This document shows, in pieces, positions 1 through 11,421 of a DNA stretch of 33,755 nucleotides; position 1 is the stretch's first letter; each line of letters begins with the position of its first letter. The stretch is from Lama guanicoe (Eukaryota), in contig MU053397.1 of NCBI GenBank assembly GCA_013239625.1, positions 9,609 through 43,363 of the forward strand, given 5' to 3'. The translations under genes and the position numbers were made by a program. The notes beneath the pieces are model-generated. The model saw nothing but the letters and a program-made list of their open reading frames with translations, was not told the DNA's origin and did not search any database.

Positions 1-432
1 TTTTTTTTTTTTAAATTGTGCTTCACAGATATTGCACTTTTGCCAAATTCAAGTTTTGTGGCAAACCAATCAATCGGCACTATTTTTCCAACAGCATTTT
101 CTCATTTCATGTCTCTGCATCACATTTTGGTAATTCTCAGAATATTTCAAAGTTCCTTTTATTATTGTATTTGTTATGGTGATCCAAACCAGTGACTATG
201 ACTAGCTAAAGGCTCGGGTGCTGGTTAGCATTTTTTAGCAAGAAAGTATTTTTTAATTAAGGCATATACATTTTTTAGACATAATGCTATTGCACACTTG
301 ACTACAGTGTAGTATAAACATAACATTTATATGCACCAGGGAACCAAAAAATTTGTTTGACTCCCTCTATTGCCATATCTGCTTTATTGCAATGATCTGG
401 AACAGAACCTTCAGTATCTATAAAGTGTCTCT
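1..432 (+). mobile_element. Tigger1 internal-deletion derivative (Tigger1a_Art-like MITE, TcMar-Tigger)
   Basis: Tigger1 5' end (ttgtgcttcacagatattgc...ggtaattctcagaatatttcaaa) is joined directly to the Tigger1 3' end (gacataatgctattgcacactt...gctttattgcaatgatctggaac). No transposase is present. Confidence 0.85.
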
Positions 433-1444
433 ATCTATCTATATCTACAACTATTTCATGTGAGAACCAAATACTTTCTCAATAATCAATTTACCAATAA
501 ACAAAATACTAAATCTGTAAATATAGTGACTTAATATGAAAAATATACAAATAATGAAACTTACTTTGACACTTATCAAATTAAAATTAAAACAAGGAAC
601 AGTTGAAAAATCTTTATTTTAAAAAGTTCTAAAAATAAGCTTATATATAAATGAATTATTATTAAATATATAACATCATTACACAAATATTGATGGAATC
701 GGGTATTTGTGGGATAATAAGTTGATAATAGCTTGAGTCTACCTCATAAAGGGCAAAGAGAGGGATAAGTTTAAACTCCTTCTCTGCCCACATAACACAC
801 ACACACTATATCAAAAAAAAGTAAAGACAGATCCAAGGTGATTAATCCATTTTAAACCATAAGGGAGAAATTGGGGGTTATGGCTGGGACATAAAAGTTC
901 TATGCATCGTTGTTTTCTATTCACTCTCAGTAGGAGTTAGAGTCCTCAAAATGAACAGAACTTCAGGTTGCATTTACACATTAGGAGCTCCTTACCTTCT
1001 AACTGTGGTTCACAGGATTCAAGCAAGGAAAGCTCTTTATAGTGGTGTTACTGATATGTATTTCATAGTTGGGTGGGAAATTCTAAAATAGCCAATGCTT
1101 CATTTTGCTTTAGAATTGGAAGCTAATGGGTCATGTTTACATCTACATATGAACAACTCAAAGAACTAATTATCAGAACTTATTGAGAGCAAATCATATA
1201 AATTCCTGGTTTTTCCAGTTCCCCAAAGTGTCCCCCTGCAACTGGCTTTTTATGCTTGAGTTACAAAACTTAAGATTTGGGTTTAATTCACTAAGCCAAA
1301 AAAAAAAAGCTGTTTAAGCCTTTGCTTTGGAAGTCTTATAGGATGTAAGTTTTATTGATAAATTCCTCAACATCTAAGATTTGAGAAGTATGAGGATGCC
1401 CCCCTTAACAGTGCATTGCTCTCAGCAATGGTGGTTTACTAGGG

Positions 1445-1634
1445 TCTTGTTTCTCTATCGCAAGCATCGATCTGAATCAGTTGGAGGGCTGGTTAAAGCC
1501 CATAGTGCTCACCCAGATCCTGTGACTTTGTAATCCAGTAGATCTGGGGAGGGGCTTGTACAATTTGCATGTGTAACAAGTTTCAGGTGCTGTTATGCAA
1601 TTAGCACAAGGGCAAAACCCTAAGAACCGCTAGC
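1445..1634. mobile_element. MER5A-like hAT-Charlie MITE
   Basis: Typical motifs gaatcagttggagggctggttaaa, agatctggggaggggc, atttgcatgtgtaacaagtttcaggtg and terminal aagaaccgct. Confidence 0.7.
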
Positions 1635-2112
1635 TTACAACATGTGTTCATTAATTTCTCAGCTAAAATCACATATATCTGACACATGAAAAGTAACTTG
1701 TGCCGATTTTACCTATGTTTAGGTCTCCAAAGAGTCTCCAAAGAGACATATGTTCCTGTATACCTTTACACAATAGATAAAGACATTTTACTTCTAGTAG
1801 CAAATTTTAAGTTGTTAATACCTCTTGTGTAATCTGAAGGGAACCTGTGACTATTATGAATGCTGTTGTACACAAACTAGGACAATATTTTAGATTAGTA
1901 AATTGCTAGTTTTTAGCTTTTCATGCATTTAAAACTTCAAACAAAAACCTTACCTAAAATGATCTCCTGGGGTTTTCCATTGACAGCATTTAAAGTGATT
2001 CATTTGCTGAAGGAGTGCACAGGTTAATCATTTTAATTCCTAATCAGCTCTCCCCGTATTCCAGAGGGAATAATCAATATGATCATAATTGTAAATAATT
2101 GCAGGATGTAGT

Positions 2113-2634
2113 TGAAGGGGAGCAGAATAAGTCACCCTAAATGCCTTTTTGTCATAAGTATTATTTCAGGCTGATTATTTTTAAGAAACAGCAGACACAG
2201 AAAAAAACTCTGAAAACCGAGTAGAAATTACCATTTCATAAGAGAAATTTTCACTTATAAGGGAAATTTCCATTTGTAAGGGTGTCTAGCTTTCTGTACC
2301 ATGAAAAGGAGGGTGACTAAACCTCTAGCAACTCTATCAATGAAAAGACATGGACTTAAATCTTCATAACAACCATACATTTGTTTACTATGCTTTGCCT
2401 GAAAACCAGCCTCTCCTCACCAAATGCCTTTTTTTGTCTTTAGCTGGAAACAGTATTTAAGGTGGGAGGTTGGGTCATTCTGGGGAGTTACTCAGTTTTC
2501 CTGGGTATCTCCCATGTATAAGGAAGGTATACCAGTTATTAAATTTCTATTTGTTTTTCTCCTGTTAATATGTTTTTTATTACAGAAGGGTCTTAGCCAT
2601 GAACCTGGAAGTGTAGAGAGAAAATAATTTTACA
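2113..2634 (+). mobile_element. ERV1-class solo LTR (MER34/MER39-like)
   Basis: Begins tgaaggggagcagaat...gcctttttgtcataagtattattt, has a poly(A)-signal-like attaaa near 2538, and ends ...taca (TG..CA ends). Confidence 0.7.
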
Positions 2635-3344
2635 AGGCTCCTTCACTGGACTATGTGACTATGTAGGCATCGAAGGTATCCACCACAGATAGGAAAACCA
2701 CAGGGGGCTAAAACAGAAAAGCAAACAGATGGAGGATATCATTTGGTGACTGACAGCACTTTGTAAGTACATGTGAAATATCAGCTGGAAACTCTCAAAC
2801 CAATTGGGAAGACTTTGCAAAGAGGTGGAAACACTGCAGTGGGTGGAGACGTAGGTGAGGAAATCAAAAGTATTACATATTATTCCCTTGCCTTTTAATG
2901 AGAGAAATTCCTGATAATTGGCAGGTATGCTGCTTGCTAAGTCAGTTTTTAGAGGCAGCTATGAAAGTTAGAAAGAGCTGAAACAGAATTAATTTGTTCT
3001 ATTTAAGAAAGGAGAGAAAGGAGTCAAGGAAAGATCTGGAAATGGAAGACTGGAACTAGAGAGGTTTAGAGAAGAGTCAAAAGAGAGAGAAAACATGTGG
3101 CTCTGTGGTTGTGAGGAACTTGAGAAGATAGATCAAGTCTGCAGGTTTGGTGAGAAGTGGTGTTTCCTGTCCTGTGAGATAAAAATCCCTCTTATTGTTT
3201 TCAGTAAAATATATGCTTGGGGGCAGGTGGCTTCTTTAGAGTGAATGAGAAAAATCATTGGCCCCTGCTCCATGTGTGGGAATAACTACCTTCTGGGCTC
3301 CTTAGACTGTTGATGTGAACACAAAGTCACTTACTCCATGTCGG

Positions 3345-3455
3345 TCTTCCACACTAGGTGAGAGCCTCCCTTGGGCTGGGGCTGTGCAAGCCATTGGTCA
3401 CTTTGTCTCCTCTTCCTGGCACATAGGAGGCAACTGACAAGTATTTGTGATTCAG
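3345..3455 (+). mobile_element. L2 3' end
   Basis: cctggcacataggaggcaactgacaagtatttgtga matches the L2 tail. Confidence 0.6.
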
Positions 3456-3570
3456 CTGTCTGGCTGACTCACTCACCTTTATCCTTGATGAAGAGATCTA
3501 AAGACAGGAAAGTATTATTCTCTCTTGGAGGTTTCCACGTGCTGATCTTGCCTAGGTCCCAAAACCTCAC

Positions 3571-3900
3571 TTTCTGGAGAGACATGTAAGAGACTCAGAG
3601 TCCACACATTTCAAAGCAAATCCCAGAAGTGGCAGCGGAACAGAATCTAACATTCCCAGCCACTCACGAACATTGTTGTGGTGGAAGAACCATTCAAGAA
3701 ACGCTGCAGAAATACTTTTCAGGGTGAGGTTACTTGTTAATTCGACAGTGGAGGTAACCTCTACAAGAACCCAAGTTAGAAAAGTAAACAAGCAGCTGGA
3801 GAAGGTACCCAGCACACGTGCAGATGCCAGCACTCCCTTCCCACCAGGATGGAGGAAGATTTCCACTGGAGACCCGGTGCAATGAGATTTTATTACAGGA
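3571..3900 (-). other. Candidate alternative first exon / promoter-proximal exon of an unidentified minus-strand gene
   Basis: Repeat-free segment with 6 CpGs in about 250 bp. It has two minus-strand donors: TTC|GTGAGT (last exon base 3668) and AAA|GTGAGG (last exon base 3571). E-boxes CACGTG 3815-3820 and CAGCTG 3793-3798. The 5' limit is uncertain. Confidence 0.3.
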
Positions 3901-4494
3901 AAACACATATAGACCACTTTGCATCTTCTGTTTCCTTTGCTTTTTTCCCTACATTAAGCCTTAATCCCTAGAGGAGAGAAAAACACAATGGCTTCTCAGC
4001 CCTAACTTTTCCAAATTCAAGAAAAAATATCTAATTTACATGTTCTCCAAAACTCAGAATTAGTATCTATTTGAAAGAAATGGCTGGAATCCCCATTTGA
4101 AGACTCTTGCATCCAGTAGCACTTGAGTGGTGGCTAATCCTTGTAGCCAAAGCTGATATGTGCCCCTCATTGAGCAGTGGCTTGAAAATACAGAACTTTC
4201 TGTGATTTTGCATTTGTGGTTAGAAATATGTGACAACCTGTTGTCAGAGATGGGGAGGCGGGGGGTGGATCAATCACAAATATTGCAAACTCAGATAAAA
4301 ATATGGAAATAGGATCCCTGAATTTTTCTAAAATCTACCATTTTTTGATTTTTACTCTTGTATTCATACTCTGTGTTAATCTAATTTTTTCTCTTTCCCC
4401 CTGCCAGGATGGATGAACTGTTCTATGGTGGTTAAGGTGGGGGGAAGATTGCTTTCTTTTTGTTTTTATTTCTTATTTATGCCATTAAACAAGC

Positions 4495-4670
4495 TTGGAT
4501 TACATTGGACAAGACATTCAATTGTTCTAAGTTCAGTGTCCTCATCCATAAAATGAGGGTGATAATATAGTGCCACTTATATAAGGGAGATGTGAAGATT
4601 AAATGAGATAATAAATATGGAGTGCTGAGCAAAGTGTCCAGAGCATATCAAGTGCTCTAAATATTCATTC
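4495..4670 (+). mobile_element. MIR SINE
   Basis: Core ttcagtgtcctcatccataaaatgagggtgataata...gaagattaaatgagataat. Confidence 0.8.
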
Positions 4671-4874
4671 TTGTTGTCTTTAAATGTGAGTTCTCTTTCT
4701 TGTGCGCTACCTCTAAACTTGTTTAACTGAATTTTATGACTTAACTCTATTCCCGATCAATTCTTAATTGTTTAAAATCACTACTGAGCCTCTTGAAAAT
4801 AAGAATATTTAAGAAGTACATTTTAATGTAGGAAGGTAATCATGTTCACAATGGTAGTTCATTTAAACAGCTCT

Positions 4875-4980
4875 GGTTTCCTTGAGGGCAGGGACTTCAG
4901 TGGTTTTCCTCACTGCTACAAACAGTGAGTGCCTGACACATCAAAGGTGCTCAATAAATATTTGTTGAACAAATGAAACA
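4875..4980 (+). mobile_element. L2 3' end
   Basis: ccttgagggcagggac...gtgcctgacaca...gtgctcaataaatatttgttgaa. Confidence 0.8.
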
Positions 4981-5935
4981 AGTTGAAAACAATTTAGTAA
5001 AAAATATATATATATATACAACTTCACAGAGACAATAGTAAGGCAGACATATAAACCAGTCACATTTGGTAGTACGATGAGAATATTATTCCCTGGAAAC
5101 CATGGTAGCAATGTGGATGCCATTTATGGCTTCATCACCATGACTTGTTCTCTGACTCATTTCTGGCCAATTCAACTTAGAAGACCTTAATTTCAAGAGC
5201 TTATTTTATGCCTGGACTTGTGGCATATATCACTCCATTCTGTTTCCTGGATTGGGGAGATAAAGTAGCCAGTTTTTGCTTCTGATAAAAAAGAACTGAA
5301 ACACTCTACTATTAATCTTAGATGAAACATACAGCTTGGCATGACTTGCACATAAGCAAAGAAAACTTATTTTATTTATTTTTTTTCCAGTACTAATTTT
5401 GCCTCCCTTCAGGATCCAATAAGATTAAGAATCTGGCCATTAAATTACAAAATAAATTCTAGTGCTACATAAAACATGTGAAAATATAGTGGCTTGAGCC
5501 AGGCTCTTACTTCATAAATTGACAAGAAAGTCTGATCATATTAATGGCCATCTTAAATGAAGTACCCATTAATCCAAAAATTTACACTATCTTTTTCACT
5601 GAATATGTGTGTTGGTTCTTTCCTCTTTATCTTTCTTTTATAATTAGTAAACTCTTTAAAGGGGAGAATTGCAACAAGTAAAGGGAAGCTGGTATAGAAG
5701 ATAACCATACATGAATGAAAAATTAGAAAAGACTGTCATAGCCATTTCATTCTCTACAACTAAATGTTCCCCTACTTGTGATATATACAGATGGATCATT
5801 TTTAGCTCCTAAGGCACTAAACAGCCTGCATATTTTACAACACATTTCCTGAATTTGTATCACATTCACCTTCACTGTATTTATCAAAACTGCATACATG
5901 CCCCTTATACTATTGTTCACCTAATATTTCCTTAC

Positions 5936-6274
5936 CTCAAATTTTAAGCTTTCTATGTATCTTAGATTTGCTTTAAACAAGAGTATCTGGGAAAACAAGC
6001 ATGTGTGCTTTTTCCTAATGTATATTAAACACTGAATATTAAAATAAGTGCCTGTCCATTCAGCACCCATCAAATATTTCATAGCCCCCGTGGGATGTGT
6101 ACCAAACTTTAGGAAACATGACTGAGTGCTATCAGCAGCAGAGTCATCCTTTCCTGCAAACTGAATGAAGAAACACCTCCTGTTAATATATTTGTGGAAA
6201 AGACTGTTGTAGATGCTGCAGTGCCTCAAGATCAGTTGGCATCACATCCAGAGCATCTGGGGATGGTTTCCATT
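5936..6274 (-). other. Candidate exon (terminal or internal) of the minus-strand gene
   Basis: Minus-strand acceptor ttttttgttttttgtaattttaatttgattacAG|AATGG, with a strong donor GAG|GTAAGG 339 nt downstream. The segment is repeat-free. All three frames contain a stop, so a terminal or UTR exon is the simplest reading. Confidence 0.4.
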
Positions 6275-6724
6275 CTGTAATCAAATTAAAATTACAAAAA
6301 ACAAAAAAGCTTTTGAATAGAGGTGTCTGCACTTACACTGCCAGAGAGCATGTGAAGGCCTTCCCTACATCCCAATCAGGAAGCCACAGAGGGGGACTGG
6401 CAGCCCTGTTTGTAATGCTGTCCACTGACAGAAGTGCCCAAGTGAGGGTCTGAAAAGGAAACTAATGATTGACCAAGAGTTTCAACATCTCTTCTCTTGA
6501 TTCTCACAATGGAAATAATAGTGAAGTTATTTACTGTCTGAAGAGTAACTCTTCACTCCTTCTCAGTCTTGCATTTAGAAGAGTGTTGAAGAAACAATAA
6601 ACAAATTTCTTCTCCAGAGTTGCATTCCCCATGGGGAATTTACATTCCTTCCTGACATACCTCAAAGAACTATAAAAACACATCAGCTCAAAGAGGAAAA
6701 GTTAGGAATCCTACCCCTCAGATT

Positions 6725-6937
6725 AATAGTAGTTAACATTTATTGAGTACCTAAGACATGCCCAGGACTGTCTAATCCCTGCATTGCATTATCTGTTCTG
6801 TTACAATCACAGTAACTCAGTGTGTAGGAACTCTTATTACCATCACTTTACAGAGGAAAACAAACTTAGAGAAGTTTCAGACAGAACACAAACCCTGGGT
6901 TTTCTGACTCCAGAGCTGAAGCTTTTACCCACTACAT
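6725..6937 (-). mobile_element. MIR SINE
   Basis: taacatttattgagtacc...ttattaccatcactttacagaggaaaac...tctgactccagagc. Confidence 0.8.
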
Positions 6938-7129
6938 ACAACCAGTAAATACCCTCAGTCAGTTCTTTGAGAGCTTCAGCTGAACTCCCAAATTAATTAT
7001 CTTCTTGATTTTTAACATACATTTCCTTATTTGTTAACCAACAAGAAGAACAGAATTTGACAGCCAGTTAGAATAAAGGAAAGTTGTGATAGTTGGAAAT
7101 GAAAGCTATCAAGAAAAGTTAAAGATTCT

Positions 7130-7380
7130 ATTTATTGTATGTCAATCACTTTACATATATTATCAAATTTAACACTTAAAACAAGCATATCATACCCATT
7201 TCACAGATGAAGAAAGCAGAGATTTAAAAAATAAGGAACTGTAAGGTACTGGGTTCAATCCCCAGTGCATCCGTTAACAAAAAGAAAAAAATAAGAAATT
7301 TGACCAAAGTTACATAGAAGAAGGGGCAGTTTTAATCAGGCCTTCTGACTGCAAGGCCCATCATCTGAATTAATATGCTA
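7130..7380 (-). mobile_element. MIR SINE interrupted by a young SINE fragment
   Basis: cactttacatatattatc...cccattttcacagatgaagaaa...tgaccaaagttacatag...ttctgactgcaaggcc. Confidence 0.7.
7241..7285 (+). mobile_element. 5'-truncated tRNA-derived SINE (camelid Vic-1-like)
   Basis: Contains the B-box gggttcaatccccag and an A-rich tail. Flanked by a 15-bp TSD: aaaaaataaggaact (7226-7240) / aaaaaataagaaatt (7286-7300), 13/15 identical. Confidence 0.7.
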
Positions 7381-7481
7381 AAGGAAATTCTTCAAAATAG
7401 GTAAAAAGAATAATTTTCAAGGTATTTATATGGAGGACTTTGGCCAGTACTCATCGTCACTGAGAGAAAAGGACATTAATT

Positions 7482-7663
7482 CATTGTCCTCAAAATTGGA
7501 TCCTGGGCTAGCAGCATCAGCAGCATTGGGGATCTTGTTCATCACGTAAAATGTCAGGTCCCACCCAGAACCACTGAATCAGAATCCAAAGTGCGGGACC
7601 CAGCTTCTTTTTAACAAGTCTTATAGAGAAATCTGATGCTCATCCAAGTTTGAGAACCACTGG
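7482..7663. mobile_element. MER5A-like MITE
   Basis: agcagcatcagc...cccacccagaaccactgaatcagaa...ttttaacaag...aagtttgagaaccactgg. Confidence 0.75.
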
Positions 7664-7669
7664 CTTGAA

Positions 7670-7848
7670 TCATTACTCCCTCACCCTGGTAGCATCTTAG
7701 GATCACTTGAGAATTTTATTTAAATAAGATGCTTGGGCTTGTTCCTAAAGATTCTGATTCAGTTGATGTGGGTGGCAGCATAGACAAAGGTATTTTAGGA
7801 AATATACTAGGTGGTTCTAACATGCAGCACGGTTGGGAAAGCAATGGC
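7670..7848. mobile_element. MER5B-like MITE (adjacent to the previous element)
   Basis: gcatcttaggatcacttg...agattctgattcagttg...ggtggttctaacatgcagc...gttgggaaagcaatg. Confidence 0.65.
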
Positions 7849-8501
7849 TTCAAATTGAAAGAGCTAACCAGGAAGAAAGGCTGTGAAAAGAGTTGGATTG
7901 GTTCTGTACAAAGAAAGAGTAAACTTACTTGGATAAGCCTAAAAACATTTCTGGAGAGTTATTTAGTTCTAGGATTAGAAAACAATGACTTTAGTGACTT
8001 TAAAGTGTTATATATTTAATTTCTAAAGCATTTAAGGACACAAAGATGACTACATATTAAATAAACTGAACCCAAGAGATTAAGCATCTCCATGGTTCAC
8101 ATTGTTTTATTGTTGAAGAAATTTATCTCCTGTTTTATGTTTTGGAAGCCTTTAAAGAATAAAATATTTATGTCTTGATCACTTATGAGAACAAAGTTGA
8201 CTCTCATCTAATAATTTACAATTGCTTTTATGATGACATTTTGTCTCTGATCTCATAAACTGTCCTTATTTTTTCTCCCAAAATAAGCAGTCAGTGCCTG
8301 TGTTATCTCTAAGTGCTCTAATATTTGATTCACCTGGGATGAATGAATGACTAAGAAAACCACAGTGACAGGTCATCTTTCCCAAGTAAATGACAAAAGC
8401 TTAGAGTTGCTGGTTGTAACCCACCATACATAACCCACATGGATTCTACACCTTCCGCAAGGAAAGCATGAACTATTTTCTTGTATTAAATTGCCACCAC
8501 A

Positions 8502-8990
8502 TGTCTATAGCAAGACTATTCACAATAGCCAAAAGGTGGAAACAACCCAATTGTCCATCAACAGGTGAAAAGATAGATGAATCATGGTGCAACCTTATAA
8601 TAGAATATTATTCAGTCACAAAAGGAATGAAGTACTGATATATTCAACAACATGGATGAACCTTGAAAACATTATGCCAAGTGAAAGAAGCATGTGACAA
8701 AGGTCATATATTGTATGATTTCACTTATATGAAATATCCAGAGCAGGTAAATCCATAGTAGAGATCACAAGTAGATGACTGGCTTTCCAGGGGCTGCAGG
8801 TAGTGGGGAGTAGATAGCAGTAGTGAGTGCTTAATGAGTACAGGGTCTCCTTTCAGGCTGATGAAGAGATTTGGACCTAGATAGTGATGATGATTGAACA
8901 GCTTTGTGTACTTAAAAGCCCCTGAGCTGTATGCTTTAAAATAGTTATTTTTTTAATGTTATGTGATTTCCCCTCAATAAAAATGTTTTC
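8502..8990 (+). mobile_element. L1MB-like LINE 3' end
   Basis: ttcacaatagccaaaaggtggaaacaacccaa...catggatgaaccttgaaaacattatg...aataaaaa. Confidence 0.85.
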
Positions 8991-9259
8991 AAAATAAGTG
9001 GCACTACATCTCTAAAAAGCATATTTGGCATCTGTATTTTCTTTAGATAACCATGATGCACTGAAATAAAACATGTATTTTTTTTACTTTTATTTTAAAA
9101 TATAGATTAAGCAGGAAACTGCAAAAGTAGTAATCAGGAGGACCCCTGTACCCTTCACTCTGTTTCCCCACTGGCTGCATCTTACATAATTATAGTATAA
9201 TATTATAATCAGGAATTGGACATTAGTACTATGTGCATGGACAGTTCTGTGCCATTTTT

Positions 9260-9325
9260 ATTGTGATATTCACTTTATTGTGGTAGTCTGGAATCAAACC
9301 CACAATGTCTTCAAGGCATGCTCAT
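9260..9325 (+). mobile_element. Tigger1 3'-terminal fragment (inside an insertion in the L1)
   Basis: attgtgatattcactttattgtggtagtctggaatcaaacccacaatgtcttcaaggcatgc is homologous to 368-430 of this window. Confidence 0.75.
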
Positions 9326-9626
9326 ATTTCTTTCCTCCAGGTGGGACAAACTCTGTGATTCGATTTACATCATTACCCCAGATCTAGACTTATCTGAAAG
9401 CAAGTCTTTACTGGGCTTTTTCCATTTTATTAAGTGTATAGATTTGTATAAGCATGACTGCAATCAAGAAACAGAAATATTCCACCAGCACAAACATCTC
9501 CCTTATGCTATTTCCACACAGTCGTGCTCATATTCTCTGCTCAACACAATCCCTAACCCTTGGCAGCCACTAATCTGTTTTCCCATTTCTATAATTCTGT
9601 CTGTCATTTCAAGAAAGTTATATAAA

Positions 9627-9676
9627 TTTGACACAACATTGTAAAATGATTATAAATCAATAAAAATGTTGAAAAA
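9627..9676 (+). mobile_element. 50-bp extreme 5'-truncated young L1 with TSD
   Basis: tgacacaacattgtaaaatgattataaatcaataaaaa matches 15143-15180. TSD aagaaagttatataaa (9611-9626) / aagaatgttatataaa (9677-9692). Confidence 0.85.
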
Positions 9677-11421
9677 AAGAATGTTATATAAAGGGAATTA
9701 TGTTGCATGTGATCTCTTGAGATTGGCTTTTTTCATTCATTGTAATGTCCTTGAAATCCATCCAAGTTGTGCAGGCATTCCTTCTCACTACTGAGTAATA
9801 TTCCATGGTATGGATATACCACAGTTTCTTTAACTGTCACCTCCCAAGGGACAGTTTGGTTGCTTCTAGTTTGGGGCTATTACAAATAAAGCTTCTACAA
9901 ATAACTGTGTACAGTTTTTGGGTAGACATAAATTTCCAATAAGTGGGCAACAAATGCCCAGAAATACTATTGCTGGATTTTATAATAAATGTATATTTAG
10001 TTCTTTTAAGAAACTGCCAAACTCTTTTCAAGTGTCTATACAATTTTATATCCCCACCAGCAATATATGAGAGATCCACTTTCCCCACATCCTTCCTAAA
10101 TGCTGATTTGGTATTGTCACTATTTCTTATTTCAGCTGTTCTAAGAGGTGTGGCTTAATACATCATTGTTATCTAAGTTTGTATTTCGCTAATGGCTAGT
10201 GACATTAAACATTTTTTCATGTACTAATTTGCCATAATGTACTCCTGTCAGTGAAATTTCTCTTCTTCTCTATGTTCATATTCTAATTAGATTATTTGCT
10301 ATTTTTATATTGATTTTTGAAAGTTTGTTATATATTTTACATGTGAGTCTGCTGTCAGATATATCACTTGCAAATATTTTCTCTCAGTCTGTAAGTCTTC
10401 TTTTGTCTTTTCAATTTTCTTAATAAGGTTTCCTACAGCAAAAGTCTATAATTTTGATAAAGTTTAATTTATCATTTTTTGTGTGAATAATGCTTTTTGT
10501 GTTGCCCTTAATAAATCTTCACATTAGGTACTGAAAATTTTCTCCTATGTCATCTTCCAAATGTTTATAGTTTTACATTTCACATTTAAATGCATTAATC
10601 AGTTTAAGTTAATATTTGTATAACATGTGAGGCTTATGTTGAAACTTTTTTTTTTTGCTTGTGAACATCCAATTGCTCCAGCACTGTTTATTAAAAAGTT
10701 TATTCATTTTTCATTGAATTGCTTTTGCACCTTTAGAAAAAAAATCAGTTGACTGTATTTGTCTGGGTTTATTTCTAAGTTCTTTATTTCTCCAAATGAT
10801 CTCTGGGCCTCTCGTTTCACCAGTACCACCACAGTCTTGGTTTCTATGGTATATCATCATTCTCGAACTCAGGTAGAGTGAGTTCTCCCACTTTAATCTT
10901 CTTTTTGAAAATCATTTAAGCTATTCTAGTTCCTTCGCTTTTCAATATAATGTTGTCTACATCTATAAAAAATCTCCCTGAGATATTTATAGGATCTGTA
11001 TGTTAATTTGGGGAGAATTGACATCTGTGCAATGCTCTACTATGTTGAGTCTTTCAATAAATGGACATGGTTTGTTTCTTCATTTGATTTATTTCATCAG
11101 TGTTTTGTAGTTTTCAATATACAAGTCCTGCATGTTTTATTAAATTTACAACTAATTTTGAATGGATGTAAATGGTATTTTTATATAACTTTGGTTTCTA
11201 CATTTTCATTGTTAACATTCAGAAACATAATTGATTTTTGAACATTTATTTTATATTCTAAATTCCTGAACTCACTTTTTAGTTCTTGAAGTTTTTTGTA
11301 GATTTCCTTGAATTTTGTACATAGACTATCATGTCACTTGCAAATAGGGACAGTATATTTCTTCCTTTCTAATTTATGTCTTTTATTTCCCTTTCCTGCC
11401 TTCTTTCCCCAGCTAGAACTT

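Larger units (their letters stand above)
9085..11421 (-). mobile_element. L1MC-like LINE: 3' UTR plus decayed ORF2 C-terminal half
   Basis: T-rich tail near 9080. Diagnostic ccctaacccttggcagccactaatctgtt and gagtaatattccatggtatggatataccacagttt. The right end reads as a degenerate EVLA..RQEKEIK ORF2 region on the minus strand. Confidence 0.85.

Noticed and set aside
1945..1960. Minus-strand AG|GTAAGG as a recursive splice site
   Set aside because: The upstream pyrimidine tract is only about 4 nt, so a chance match is likely.
2700..3250. Possible ancient Gypsy/ERVL-type LTR relic (purine-rich, aataaa-like near 3178)
   Set aside because: Too degenerate to assign by eye.
3567..3917. 116-aa minus-strand ORF as a stand-alone gene
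   Set aside because: It has no recognisable domain and a non-ATG track start, and its stop overlaps a splice donor. Kept only as a candidate exon.
7241..7275. tRNA gene (gggttcaatcccc T-loop)
   Set aside because: No 5' half or cloverleaf. The A-tail and TSD indicate a SINE fragment.
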